This document shows, in pieces, positions 40,783 through 49,300 of a DNA stretch of 64,000 nt. The translations under genes and the position numbers were made by a program. A model generated the notes under the pieces. That model was not told the DNA's origin. It searched no databases and saw only the letters and a list, made by a program, of their open reading frames with translations. Location of the stretch: NCBI RefSeq assembly GCF_030529325.1, contig NZ_JAUMXC010000001.1:52342-116341 (forward strand), given 5' to 3'. Source of the stretch: Porphyromonas sp. (GTDB taxonomy: Bacteria; Bacteroidota; Bacteroidia; Bacteroidales; Porphyromonadaceae). Numbering within the stretch: the first letter of the stretch is position 1; every line of letters starts with the position of its first letter.

Positions 40783-41634
40783 CTACTCAGAGTAGATAGA
40801 CAATGTTTCCAAAGATATATTACCTATAAGAGCCGCTACCTGAGAGAATGACCCGCCTTTGGTAGACAATATGTGCTTGGTCTGAGAGAGGGCCAGTAGT
40901 TCACCGAAAGCATTGATACAACCTTTTGGAGTATTGAGCAGAGATACAGTGTGTGGCATAAAAATACGTCCGGCAAATACCGTAGACAGGCGCTCCCGCT
41001 CCTCAGGCATATCTGAAGCTATAAAGAAAGAGACGGAAGGGTCATCTTCTATCATACCCTGCATACGCTTAATAAATAACTCGATGGGGTTATGATGGCA
41101 CACATCATTTTTGCGGCAGCTATCCAAGTGTACACCAACGACGTTATCACTCCAATCTGAAATATTAGATTGAAAAGCGTTTTTGACCTCAACGGATGCC
41201 TTCATAAGATCAAACATATTACGATGATCACCCAAAGAGGTCTCTGAAGAAATCAGGATATGCTCACGCCCACGGAATAACGAAAGCAACTGCTCCTGCC
41301 CATTCTCACATATACTGCGAATATCCTTCGGAGAAAAACACCGGTCATATCGAAAGAATAAAAAAGGATAAGACAAAAAACCATTTCCCGTCTGAGGCAG
41401 ATCATTGAAGAACCAATCTTTGGCAGTAGCCTCTCGAATAAAAATACCGGCCTCCTCAAGCATTGGATCAAGAGTAAAAAGCCTATACGACGGACAATAT
41501 AGGCGTTCATCCGAAAACCAAATTATGTCCATCCGCGTCTCAGCCTCCAAAGCAAGAGAAATCGCAGAAGCAATGACTTTAAGCCTGTCTGTAAGGCCTC
41601 CTTTCGGTACAAGTGTGAGTTTATCCTTTCTCAT
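40783..41634 (-). CDS. Cytoplasmic protein, possible GT11 (alpha-1,2-fucosyltransferase)-like glycosyltransferase
   Basis: N-terminal PKGGLTDRLKVIASAISLA resembles the GT11 motif I G-LGNQMFQYA; C-terminal STKGGSFSQVAALIGN resembles motif SNSTFSWWAA. Start taken at ATG 41634 because the ORF-track start at 41664 is a TTG. Confidence 0.3.
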   Translation of the reverse strand: MRKDKLTLVPKGGLTDRLKVIASAISLALEAETRMDIIWFSDERLYCPSYRLFTLDPMLEEAGIFIREATAKDWFFNDLPQTGNGFLSYPFLFFRYDRCFSPKDIRSICENGQEQLLSLFRGREHILISSETSLGDHRNMFDLMKASVEVKNAFQSNISDWSDNVVGVHLDSCRKNDVCHHNPIELFIKRMQGMIEDDPSVSFFIASDMPEERERLSTVFAGRIFMPHTVSLLNTPKGCINAFGELLALSQTKHILSTKGGSFSQVAALIGNISLETLSIYSE

Positions 41635-41648
41635 TGGAAAGCAAGAGC

Positions 41649-42824
41649 CTAAATTCCAGGCCAATCTTTTACAGTGAATGAACTCTCAACTTCTCGTTCA
41701 ATTTCATCCGGAAGAAGGTGGAAAAAATCCACACCCACTTCATCCTGAAGTTCTTTAATTGTTCGTCTGTATTCAGGCAAAACAACTGTAGTATCATATT
41801 CCTTGTGTTCAAAAAGGAACCCTACAGCCGAGTACTTTCCATCCTTGATTTTCAAAAGTGCCATATACCATTTTTTTGCAACAGGGACGCTGGTATTTGT
41901 CTCACTTGAAGTGACATATCCAAGGATGTCAGACTCCCGGTCAATCGTGATCCCCTTAACAACATACAAAGTATCTGCAGTCGTCCTATTACGTCCCCAT
42001 CCTTGTACCTTACCTTCCAAGGTACTCCATACACCTTGATTAAATTTCTTTCCCATCTGAGGAGCGATATTGGAGTAATAAAACGTCTGTTCGTTCGCCT
42101 CTTTACTAAAAAGTCGATCGCTACTTGCCACGATATGTCCACGATCCAACTTTACCCCTTTGAAATACGGATAAGTTCCCATCGCAGTAAGGCCAAGGAG
42201 TTTAGGGTCATCAGACCAAGTATCCTGCCGCTTTACGTTTTTGGGAGAAGTTCGAGAATCAAAGCGAAAAGCAACCCAACGACTTTGGTGCTTAGAGAGA
42301 ACAAACTCCAGACAAAAGTTCATCACCTCTTCTCCCTTATTGGTACGTGTATAATGTGCAACAAACCGTGAGTCAGGGCTATCTGAAAGTCTGGGAATCT
42401 CCATCCGTGAAGCCACAGAAGGATCAGGCAATGGCTCATCCGCCTTTGTTTGGATAAGGATTAGTTCCTTCACAGACTTATCAGAGAACACAACTCTGAT
42501 TTTTGCTTTCCTCTCCCTGCTCAAATTTCTCTTTACGAAGAGGACAATATCCTTATTCCCTTCCCCTGAAAATATATCTGCCGTGACAAAATCATCCTCT
42601 GCTGTTATGCTCATCTCCCAAGACATCGAACTTTCGATTTTCAAAAAAATCTGAGACTCCTTATAATCTACTTTATTGTCATGTACGAAACGTGGATCAA
42701 AGTGGACGGAGTTTTTTCCATCGTTATTATTTCCATTATTATCATGTTTGCAAGCAAATGCTTGAAGGCAGAAAACTAAAAATAGTATCGGCAAAAATAT
42801 ATTGACTTCTCTTTTCATATCCAT
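41649..42824 (-). CDS. DNA/RNA non-specific endonuclease (Serratia NucA family beta-beta-alpha-Me), lipoprotein with N-terminal Ig/BACON-like domain
   Basis: Lipobox LQAFAC; catalytic DRGHIVASSD (DRGH) and NIAPQ...N.GVW motifs. Confidence 0.75.
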   Translation of the reverse strand: MDMKREVNIFLPILFLVFCLQAFACKHDNNGNNNDGKNSVHFDPRFVHDNKVDYKESQIFLKIESSMSWEMSITAEDDFVTADIFSGEGNKDIVLFVKRNLSRERKAKIRVVFSDKSVKELILIQTKADEPLPDPSVASRMEIPRLSDSPDSRFVAHYTRTNKGEEVMNFCLEFVLSKHQSRWVAFRFDSRTSPKNVKRQDTWSDDPKLLGLTAMGTYPYFKGVKLDRGHIVASSDRLFSKEANEQTFYYSNIAPQMGKKFNQGVWSTLEGKVQGWGRNRTTADTLYVVKGITIDRESDILGYVTSSETNTSVPVAKKWYMALLKIKDGKYSAVGFLFEHKEYDTTVVLPEYRRTIKELQDEVGVDFFHLLPDEIEREVESSFTVKDWPGI

Positions 42825-42874
42825 GCGACAAACAAAAGGCATAAAACGTTTTACAAATGAGTACTATCCTATCA

Positions 42875-44179
42875 CTACTTCTTGCTCAACAGATACTTTG
42901 CCACAGCATGGTAAGCAGGTATGGAGTATGGATCATTAGCACCGTTACTCGCCGTGTGGTGAGAAGAGAGACGCACAATAACCATTTCGGCAGCGGGATC
43001 CACATATATCGCCTGACCGTGCACTCCACGAGCCATATAAGCACCATGCTCATTGTGAGTAACCCACCACATATTTCGATAACTCCATCCTTTAAGATTT
43101 GGATATCCCCCCTTCTCGAACAATCGAGGATCTCCCCCTCTCTGTGTATCTTGAACGACAATGTTCGGCAATATCTGTTTGCCATTAAAATACCCGCCGC
43201 AACGCATCATCTCACCAAACATCCCCAAGTCTCTGAGATTTGCATTAAAGCCACCTCCTGCAAAAGGAATCCCATAGCTATCTACCTGATAGTACCCATC
43301 AATGTTTGTACCCAAGGGGGCCCATAATTTTTCAGAAAGGATCTCTGTGAATTTTCGTCCTGTAGCCCTACTTATGATCCAGCCTATGACATCCGTATTG
43401 ACAGTCTTATAACCAAATGCTTTGCCGTGTTCTCCGGACTTTTGGACAGTCATCAAATACTCATAGCTATTACGTGGTCCATTATATCCTTGAGGCTTGG
43501 GAAAAGGGTTATTGGCAAGTCCGAAAATCCACACATCTGCATTTGGATCGGCATAATTCTCACTATAATTGAGAGCTGTAGTCATATCCAAGACCTGCCT
43601 TACCGTAGCATCTCCAAAGGCAGATTGAGCTAGCTCAGGCACATACTCTCTGACATACTTTGTATCATCTATGACCCCTTCAGCAATAAGCATTGCCGCA
43701 AGAGTCCCTGCAAATGTTTTACTTACAGACATGACGGCATGTTGTCCGTCGGGTGAGAGTTCTCCGAAATACCTCTCATAGACTATCACCCCCTTATGTA
43801 TCACGAGGATGCCATCCACATAATTTTTCTGCATTGACTCGTCCCAAGTCATAGCTTTCTTTTCACCCCAAGGAACAAAAGAAACCTTACCTACGTTGGG
43901 ATCAATCTCCTGCTTCCATGAATACCTGTGATTTCCTGCACACTTCACCTCAAGTGTAGGCATGAACTGACGCATGTGACAAACACTGTATCTCAATCCG
44001 GGGAACTGAAAGAATGTCCCATCATGCATCGACAACTTATGCTCATCCTCAGGAGGAAAACCTCGCATCCATCCCATCACTTTGGGATCGGACTCCTGTG
44101 CAGATATTTGTGTCTGAGCTGTTGTCACTTCAACAACAAACAATGACAGTGCTATAAGACCTATTACTCTTTTCATCAT
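42875..44179 (-). CDS. Secreted serine hydrolase, beta-lactamase/PBP-like family
   Basis: Signal peptide MMKRVIGLIALSLFVV; S-x-x-K motif AMSVSKTF; start at ATG 44179. Confidence 0.75.
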   Translation of the reverse strand: MMKRVIGLIALSLFVVEVTTAQTQISAQESDPKVMGWMRGFPPEDEHKLSMHDGTFFQFPGLRYSVCHMRQFMPTLEVKCAGNHRYSWKQEIDPNVGKVSFVPWGEKKAMTWDESMQKNYVDGILVIHKGVIVYERYFGELSPDGQHAVMSVSKTFAGTLAAMLIAEGVIDDTKYVREYVPELAQSAFGDATVRQVLDMTTALNYSENYADPNADVWIFGLANNPFPKPQGYNGPRNSYEYLMTVQKSGEHGKAFGYKTVNTDVIGWIISRATGRKFTEILSEKLWAPLGTNIDGYYQVDSYGIPFAGGGFNANLRDLGMFGEMMRCGGYFNGKQILPNIVVQDTQRGGDPRLFEKGGYPNLKGWSYRNMWWVTHNEHGAYMARGVHGQAIYVDPAAEMVIVRLSSHHTASNGANDPYSIPAYHAVAKYLLSKK

Positions 44180-44389
44180 AGTGCTCTTTAATTTTGAAAT
44201 TAGACGTCGCTCCCAATCAAAAGTGAGCAAAACGTCTCTGTTAGGCAAATATAGACATAATCTCCAAAATCCGCTCATACGGTATTTATTAGCCAATGAT
44301 AAGAGAACAGCGGTCAGAGATTGTTTTCTGACCGCTGTTCTCTTATCTTAAATAGTTGAGTTTACTTCGGTTGTAACCTCTGTAAGCGA

Positions 44390-44857
44390 TTACTCAACTC
44401 CTTGTTGTGCTGCATAGATGATCTTCAAAGCATCTGCATCTCTGAGCTTTTGCTTAACTTCATTTATGATACCCATCTTAGAGTATCTGTCAATCTTAAG
44501 CACTGTAGTCATCAACGCTGCTTCCGCTTCACGCTTTGAAGCCTTCTCCTGAGCGATGAAATCAAAGATGTCATTAGGGCTCGCAAACTTATCATTGAGC
44601 TGGATCTGAGTTTCAGATCCATACTTGGACTGATACATTTGTTGGGGTTTACCCATATAGATGTAAGTCGCAAGAGACTTCTTTTCAAGCGTGGTGAGCT
44701 CCGTAGCCACAGGCAACGTCAAATCTACCATCTTGGTCACTTCCCTCATAGATGTCACCATCATGATAAAGAATAGGAACGCAAATACCAAGTCAGGTAG
44801 AGACGACGTATTCAGCTCGGGCATCTCTCGTGTATTGCCTTTTGTAAACTTGCTCAT
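44390..44857 (-). CDS. exbD: Biopolymer transport protein ExbD/TolR
   Basis: DLVFAFLFFIMMVTS TM; 155 aa. Confidence 0.8.
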   Translation of the reverse strand: MSKFTKGNTREMPELNTSSLPDLVFAFLFFIMMVTSMREVTKMVDLTLPVATELTTLEKKSLATYIYMGKPQQMYQSKYGSETQIQLNDKFASPNDIFDFIAQEKASKREAEAALMTTVLKIDRYSKMGIINEVKQKLRDADALKIIYAAQQGVE

Positions 44858-45435
44858 TTTTTCTTTCCGTATTCTTTAGGGTTAGCTTCTGAAATCTTCT
44901 GAGGATAGAGTTTGATGAGAGCCTCTTGTTGTTCTTGAGAGAGTTCAGACATCTTCTTGCCCCACTTTGTCATACCATATTCATCACGCAATTCCCTATA
45001 TGCCTTCGCTATTTCGTTCTGAACTGCGATATAGTCATTGTATCTGGTATCTACCACACTCGTCAAAGAGATAAGGTGATACTTAGAGACCTTGACATTT
45101 CCGATGAGAGGGATTTCCATCTCCTCCATTTCGGGCATATTAGGGTCATCCTGTTCATTGAGGACAAACTCCTTAACTTTGTTCTTTAACTGAACCAATG
45201 TAACCTCTTCACCATTACAGATGATGTCACCTGCCGTATTCACGAGGACACGAAGCATATTACGCTTCTTGAGGTCCATGGTAGCATCTTGATCGGGTGG
45301 CACAGCAGGAGGCAACTGACGAGCAAGCCCCTTGTCTGAGCCCATCGAAGAAGTCACAAGGAAGAAGATGAGCAACATGAAAGCGATGTCGGCAGAAGAC
45401 GAGCCATTTATACTTGGAACTTTCCTTTTAGCCAT
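44854..45435 (-). CDS. exbD: Biopolymer transport protein ExbD/TolR (second paralogue)
   Basis: ADIAFMLLIFFLVTSSM TM; 193 aa; 4 bp overlap with the downstream exbD. Confidence 0.8.
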   Translation of the reverse strand: MAKRKVPSINGSSSADIAFMLLIFFLVTSSMGSDKGLARQLPPAVPPDQDATMDLKKRNMLRVLVNTAGDIICNGEEVTLVQLKNKVKEFVLNEQDDPNMPEMEEMEIPLIGNVKVSKYHLISLTSVVDTRYNDYIAVQNEIAKAYRELRDEYGMTKWGKKMSELSQEQQEALIKLYPQKISEANPKEYGKKK

Positions 45436-45463
45436 ACTTTTTAGCTTTTTAATGTTACGAATC

Positions 45464-45937
45464 TTACCTCTTACTTACGAAAGACTTTACAGCACCCCAA
45501 ATTACAGCGATGAATGAAAATCCAAGTAGAGCATAGATTGAGTAGAGCCACATATCTGCGGTCTTCAACCATGATGCCTCATTATACTTTTGGAAGTCTT
45601 GACCGAGATGAAGTGGGTCAGGACTACCGACGTTATAAGTAACCACAAGCAGCAAGATAAATGCAACTATGATACCCAACGACAAGAGTGCCTTCTTAGG
45701 ATTAGCCTTGAATTGGCTTCCAAAAGAGAGCAATGAAAAGAGCACAAGCGCCAACACTGCGAGACCACACACGATATACCCCCAATATAGGAGTGCACCG
45801 GTGTACACAGGCTCTGGCTTTGCTGCAGCCGGATTGACTACACCTCCTAAGAAGAATAGTGCGAATACGATCACTGAAATAATTGCAACGATCAGTAGTG
45901 TCCAGCTTGAAGCTTTACGGATATTACTTACTGCCAT
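45464..45937 (-). CDS. Small 4-TM membrane protein of the ExbB-X-ExbD-ExbD cluster
   Basis: 157 aa with four hydrophobic segments. Confidence 0.5.
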   Translation of the reverse strand: MAVSNIRKASSWTLLIVAIISVIVFALFFLGGVVNPAAAKPEPVYTGALLYWGYIVCGLAVLALVLFSLLSFGSQFKANPKKALLSLGIIVAFILLLVVTYNVGSPDPLHLGQDFQKYNEASWLKTADMWLYSIYALLGFSFIAVIWGAVKSFVSKR

Positions 45938-45942
45938 TGCTA

Positions 45943-46764
45943 TTAGATTTTTTTGTATTTCACATTGTATTTAACGATGAAGTCTACAAGAGAAATAGAT
46001 GCATCTTCCATACGATTGAGGATACCTTCATACTTGCTGAGGAGGTAGTTGTAGAATACCTGAAGGATAAGAGCTACGACAAGACCACCGATAGTAGTGA
46101 TAAGCGCAACCTTCATACCACCCGCAACGACTGTTGGGCTGATATCACCGGCCTTTTCGATAGCGTCGAATGCCTGAACCATACCCACCACAGTACCCAA
46201 GAACCCGAGAGATGGAGCCATCGCGATAAAGAGAGTGATCCAAGAAAGGTTCTTTTCAAGAAGACCTGCTTGTACACCACCATAAGAAACGATAGAACGC
46301 TCTACAACATCGAGACCTTGATCGATACGAAGAAGAGCTTGGTAAGCGATAGAAGCCACAGGACCACGAGTATCGCGAGCAATATTCTTAGCTGTTTCGA
46401 CATCACCTCTATCAAGAGCTGCTTCGATTTCCTTCAAGAACTTTTCGTTGTTAGTGTCTGCGAGGTTTAGATAGATGATTCTTTCAAGAGCGAAAGCCAA
46501 ACCAAGGATAAGAGCGATAGCAACCGCAGCCATAAAGTCAGGTCCACCTTCGATGAACTTTGTCTTAAGAGCTTGGTGGAAACCACCTTCAGTCACTGCA
46601 ACCTCTGTAGCCATTTCTTCCTGTGAAGCAGCGATTTCCTCTACAGGAGCAGGAGCTTCTGTTTGCACAGCTTCTTGAGCAGCTTCTTCTTGAGCGATAA
46701 CGGCATTAGTAAATCCAACTGAAAGGAGACCTACCAACGCAAGACTTGCAAAAAATCTTTTCAT
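45943..46764 (-). CDS. exbB: MotA/TolQ/ExbB proton-channel protein with N-terminal signal peptide and acidic periplasmic extension
   Basis: Signal MKRFFASLALVGLLSVGFTNAVIAQ; conserved PSLGFLGTVVGMVQAF. Confidence 0.85.
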   Translation of the reverse strand: MKRFFASLALVGLLSVGFTNAVIAQEEAAQEAVQTEAPAPVEEIAASQEEMATEVAVTEGGFHQALKTKFIEGGPDFMAAVAIALILGLAFALERIIYLNLADTNNEKFLKEIEAALDRGDVETAKNIARDTRGPVASIAYQALLRIDQGLDVVERSIVSYGGVQAGLLEKNLSWITLFIAMAPSLGFLGTVVGMVQAFDAIEKAGDISPTVVAGGMKVALITTIGGLVVALILQVFYNYLLSKYEGILNRMEDASISLVDFIVKYNVKYKKI

Positions 46765-46842
46765 TGTACGTTTTTTTTAAGATTAATGATTAATACATTG
46801 TTTATTCTCTATGGGCTACTTATTTCTTCCGAAATAAATCTG

Positions 46843-46930
46843 CGGAGAGAGCGGGATTCGAACCCGCGATACGCTTTTGGCGTATACACGCTTTCCAGGC
46901 GTGCCTCTTCAGCCACTCGAGCATCTCTCC
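46843..46930 (-). tRNA. tRNA-Ser (anticodon GGA), long variable arm; CCA not encoded
   Basis: Minus-strand GGAGAGATGCTCGAGTGG...CACGC-CTGGAAA-GCGTG...GCGGGTTCGAATCCCGCTCTCTCCG: 7 bp acceptor stem, T-loop GGTTCGAATCC, anticodon loop CT-GGA-AA. Confidence 0.85.
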
Positions 46931-47032
46931 TTAAAAACAAGACGTCACTCTTTCACTCGGACTGTATCCTGATCTTGGATTACCCCTCCACTCTACACAG
47001 CTCTCCCTGCGGACATGAAGCGTGAAAATAGA

Positions 47033-47821
47033 CTATCTGACCGTAAAGTTATATAAATTACAAGAATTGGCAAAGAGTTTCTCTCTCATAGTTGTGGGAG
47101 AGACTCCATATAACGCCGTCAAGTACTCATAAATATAGACAAGATAGGCAGGTTCGTTACGCTTTCCACGCTTAGGCATCGGAGCCAAATATGGAGCATC
47201 CGTTTCTATTATGAGCCGATCGAGGGGCAGCCTGTCGGGAATAAAGGTCTTCAAGTCATTGTTCTTGAATGTCACCACCCCATTTATACCGACATAGAAG
47301 TGAGGCAGCTCCAGCACAGCCTCCAACTCTTCTATGTTTCCGGTGAAACTATGAAAGACACCACGTAGTCTATCTGCCCCTACATCCCTTATAGCTTTTA
47401 CAGTATCCGGGATCGCGTCTCGTGCGTGGAGAGACACAGGTAAATCATACTCCAATGCCCACTCGAGCTGGGTGCGTAGGGCATCGTTCATCTCCTCTTT
47501 ATACTCCAATGACCAATAGTAGTCGAGACCGATCTCCCCGATACCGACACACCGTCCATGATGGATATCCAATGCGGCTTTTACCTCTGACAATCTCTCC
47601 TTATAGTCAGCCTTGATATAAGACGGATGCATCCCAAGCATAGGGAAACAAGCGTCAGGATACGCATCTGCAAGACTCAACACTGCGTCTATGGAACGAT
47701 CATCAAGGTTGGGCAATAGTATCTTGCCGACACCGGCCTCTACACTCCGAGCGATGACAGTATCCCTGTCATCATCAAACTCTTCAACAAAGACGTGAGA
47801 ATGTGTATCGACAAGCTGCAT
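47033..47821 (-). CDS. tatD: TatD family metal-dependent hydrolase/DNase
   Basis: MQLVDTHSHVF N-terminus (ATG 47821 avoids overlap with ispB); 4 conserved His/Glu/Asp clusters. Confidence 0.85.
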   Translation of the reverse strand: MQLVDTHSHVFVEEFDDDRDTVIARSVEAGVGKILLPNLDDRSIDAVLSLADAYPDACFPMLGMHPSYIKADYKERLSEVKAALDIHHGRCVGIGEIGLDYYWSLEYKEEMNDALRTQLEWALEYDLPVSLHARDAIPDTVKAIRDVGADRLRGVFHSFTGNIEELEAVLELPHFYVGINGVVTFKNNDLKTFIPDRLPLDRLIIETDAPYLAPMPKRGKRNEPAYLVYIYEYLTALYGVSPTTMREKLFANSCNLYNFTVR

Positions 47822-47832
47822 TTGATGACCCA

Positions 47833-48810
47833 TCATAGTTGTCGTGTTGTCAGATCAGCAACAAGTCGAGCGAGATCACTCTTGAGCTCCACATCAGCCT
47901 CCAAATTATCGATGATATCAATCGCCTTTTCAGAGAATGATGAAACCAGAGACAAAATCTCTTTGTCCAACCCTTTTGCCTCATAATATGCCGTGACTGC
48001 AGCTATCTTGGCATCATCGTCCTTCAGTGCCAAGGCCTCAGACAATCGGGCATCACCATCAAACCTTGCAGCCTCGAGAGCCTTGATGAGGAGCCATGTT
48101 TTCTTCTCCTCAAGGATATCTCCACCTTTCCTCTTGCCAAAAGACTCCGATCCCCAAATATCCAAGTAGTCATCCATGAGCTGAAAAGCCAAGCCCAAAG
48201 CATCTCCGGCACGATAAACTTGTTCACAGACCTCAGAAGGAGCTCCGGCGATCATGGCTCCGATTTTCATTGATGAAGCGATGAGACACGAAGTCTTCCC
48301 ATGGATCATTGCCATGTATTCATCTACCGTCACATCACTGCGGTGCTCAAACTCCATATCATACTGTTGTCCTTCGCACACGCCGAGAGCCATTGCATTG
48401 AACTCCTCAAAGACCGGTTTGAGGAGTTCCGAGGGCAAGGCCGCCAACTCCCGATAAGCAACAATCATCATCGCATCTCCGGAGAGGATAGCGGTATTGG
48501 TATCCCACTTGCGATACACAGTGGGTTGTCCACGACGCACGGGAGCATCATCCATGAGATCGTCGTGCAAGAGTGTAAAGTTGTGAAAGATCTCCAAGGC
48601 TACCCCCGCTCTAAGAGGCATGCCAAGATCTCCATGTGGCAGAAAAAGGCGATAGGCCAAGAGCGTCAACAATGGGCGCAGCCTCTTCCCGCCCATAGAC
48701 AATCCATACTTTATAGGAGCATAGAGACCATCAGGTCTGCAATCTTCAGAGACGACGCTTTGAAGGGCCTGCTCTACCTGCTTGAATAAATATTCTTGAT
48801 GTTGGGTCAT
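47833..48810 (-). CDS. ispB: Polyprenyl diphosphate synthase (IspB/heptaprenyl-type)
   Basis: First and second DDxxD motifs (LLHDDLMDDAPVRRG, FQLMDDYLD); start at MTQHQEY (48810). Confidence 0.85.
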   Translation of the reverse strand: MTQHQEYLFKQVEQALQSVVSEDCRPDGLYAPIKYGLSMGGKRLRPLLTLLAYRLFLPHGDLGMPLRAGVALEIFHNFTLLHDDLMDDAPVRRGQPTVYRKWDTNTAILSGDAMMIVAYRELAALPSELLKPVFEEFNAMALGVCEGQQYDMEFEHRSDVTVDEYMAMIHGKTSCLIASSMKIGAMIAGAPSEVCEQVYRAGDALGLAFQLMDDYLDIWGSESFGKRKGGDILEEKKTWLLIKALEAARFDGDARLSEALALKDDDAKIAAVTAYYEAKGLDKEILSLVSSFSEKAIDIIDNLEADVELKSDLARLVADLTTRQL

Positions 48811-49023
48811 TACAATTTTACTTAATGAGCGGTAAAGATAATAATCTTTGCAGGTACCGAACATCATTTGACAGGCAAAAAAAACTCTCCCCGGTGATGA
48901 GAGGCCCTATATTTTCAGGGACACATATGCTATAATATTTAGTCGGAGCATTGTAACTCCCCAAAATGCCCCACATTGAAGCTTACCGTAAACCACGTAT
49001 CCTCAAAGACTTGAAAGGGTATA

Positions 49024-49090
49024 AAAAAGGTTGTCTAACTTGACGTATCAAGTTAGACAACTTCATTCATCAAGTTAGACACCTGAATTT
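49024..49090 (-). repeat. Copy 4 of the structured repeat family, inverted orientation (rc: ...GTGTCTAACTTGATGAATGAAGTTGTCTAACTTGA-tacg-TCAAGTTAGACAAC + T6)
   Basis: Reverse-complement alignment to copies 1/3/5 is near-perfect; oriented toward ispB, about 212 bp upstream of its ATG. Confidence 0.8.
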
Positions 49091-49250
49091 CGACAGATGT
49101 ACGTCTTTTTTCTCAATATTTAATTTAGGATAGCCTCATAAGGAAGGACTACAAGTCAAATCGAGCCGATATCAAACAGCCCCATACTCCCATCACCTTG
49201 GACACCCGAGTATTTGCACTCTGCAGTTAAGATATATCAGTCAATTATAC

Positions 49251-49258
49251 TATCTTTG
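49251..49258 (+). promoter_or_regulatory. -7 promoter box TATCTTTG upstream of the metalloprotease gene
   Basis: Matches TAnnTTTG 43 nt upstream of ATG 49301. Confidence 0.3.
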
Positions 49259-49300
49259 TGCTCCATACAATAAAAAAATTAAATTCAATCTTACTTATCA

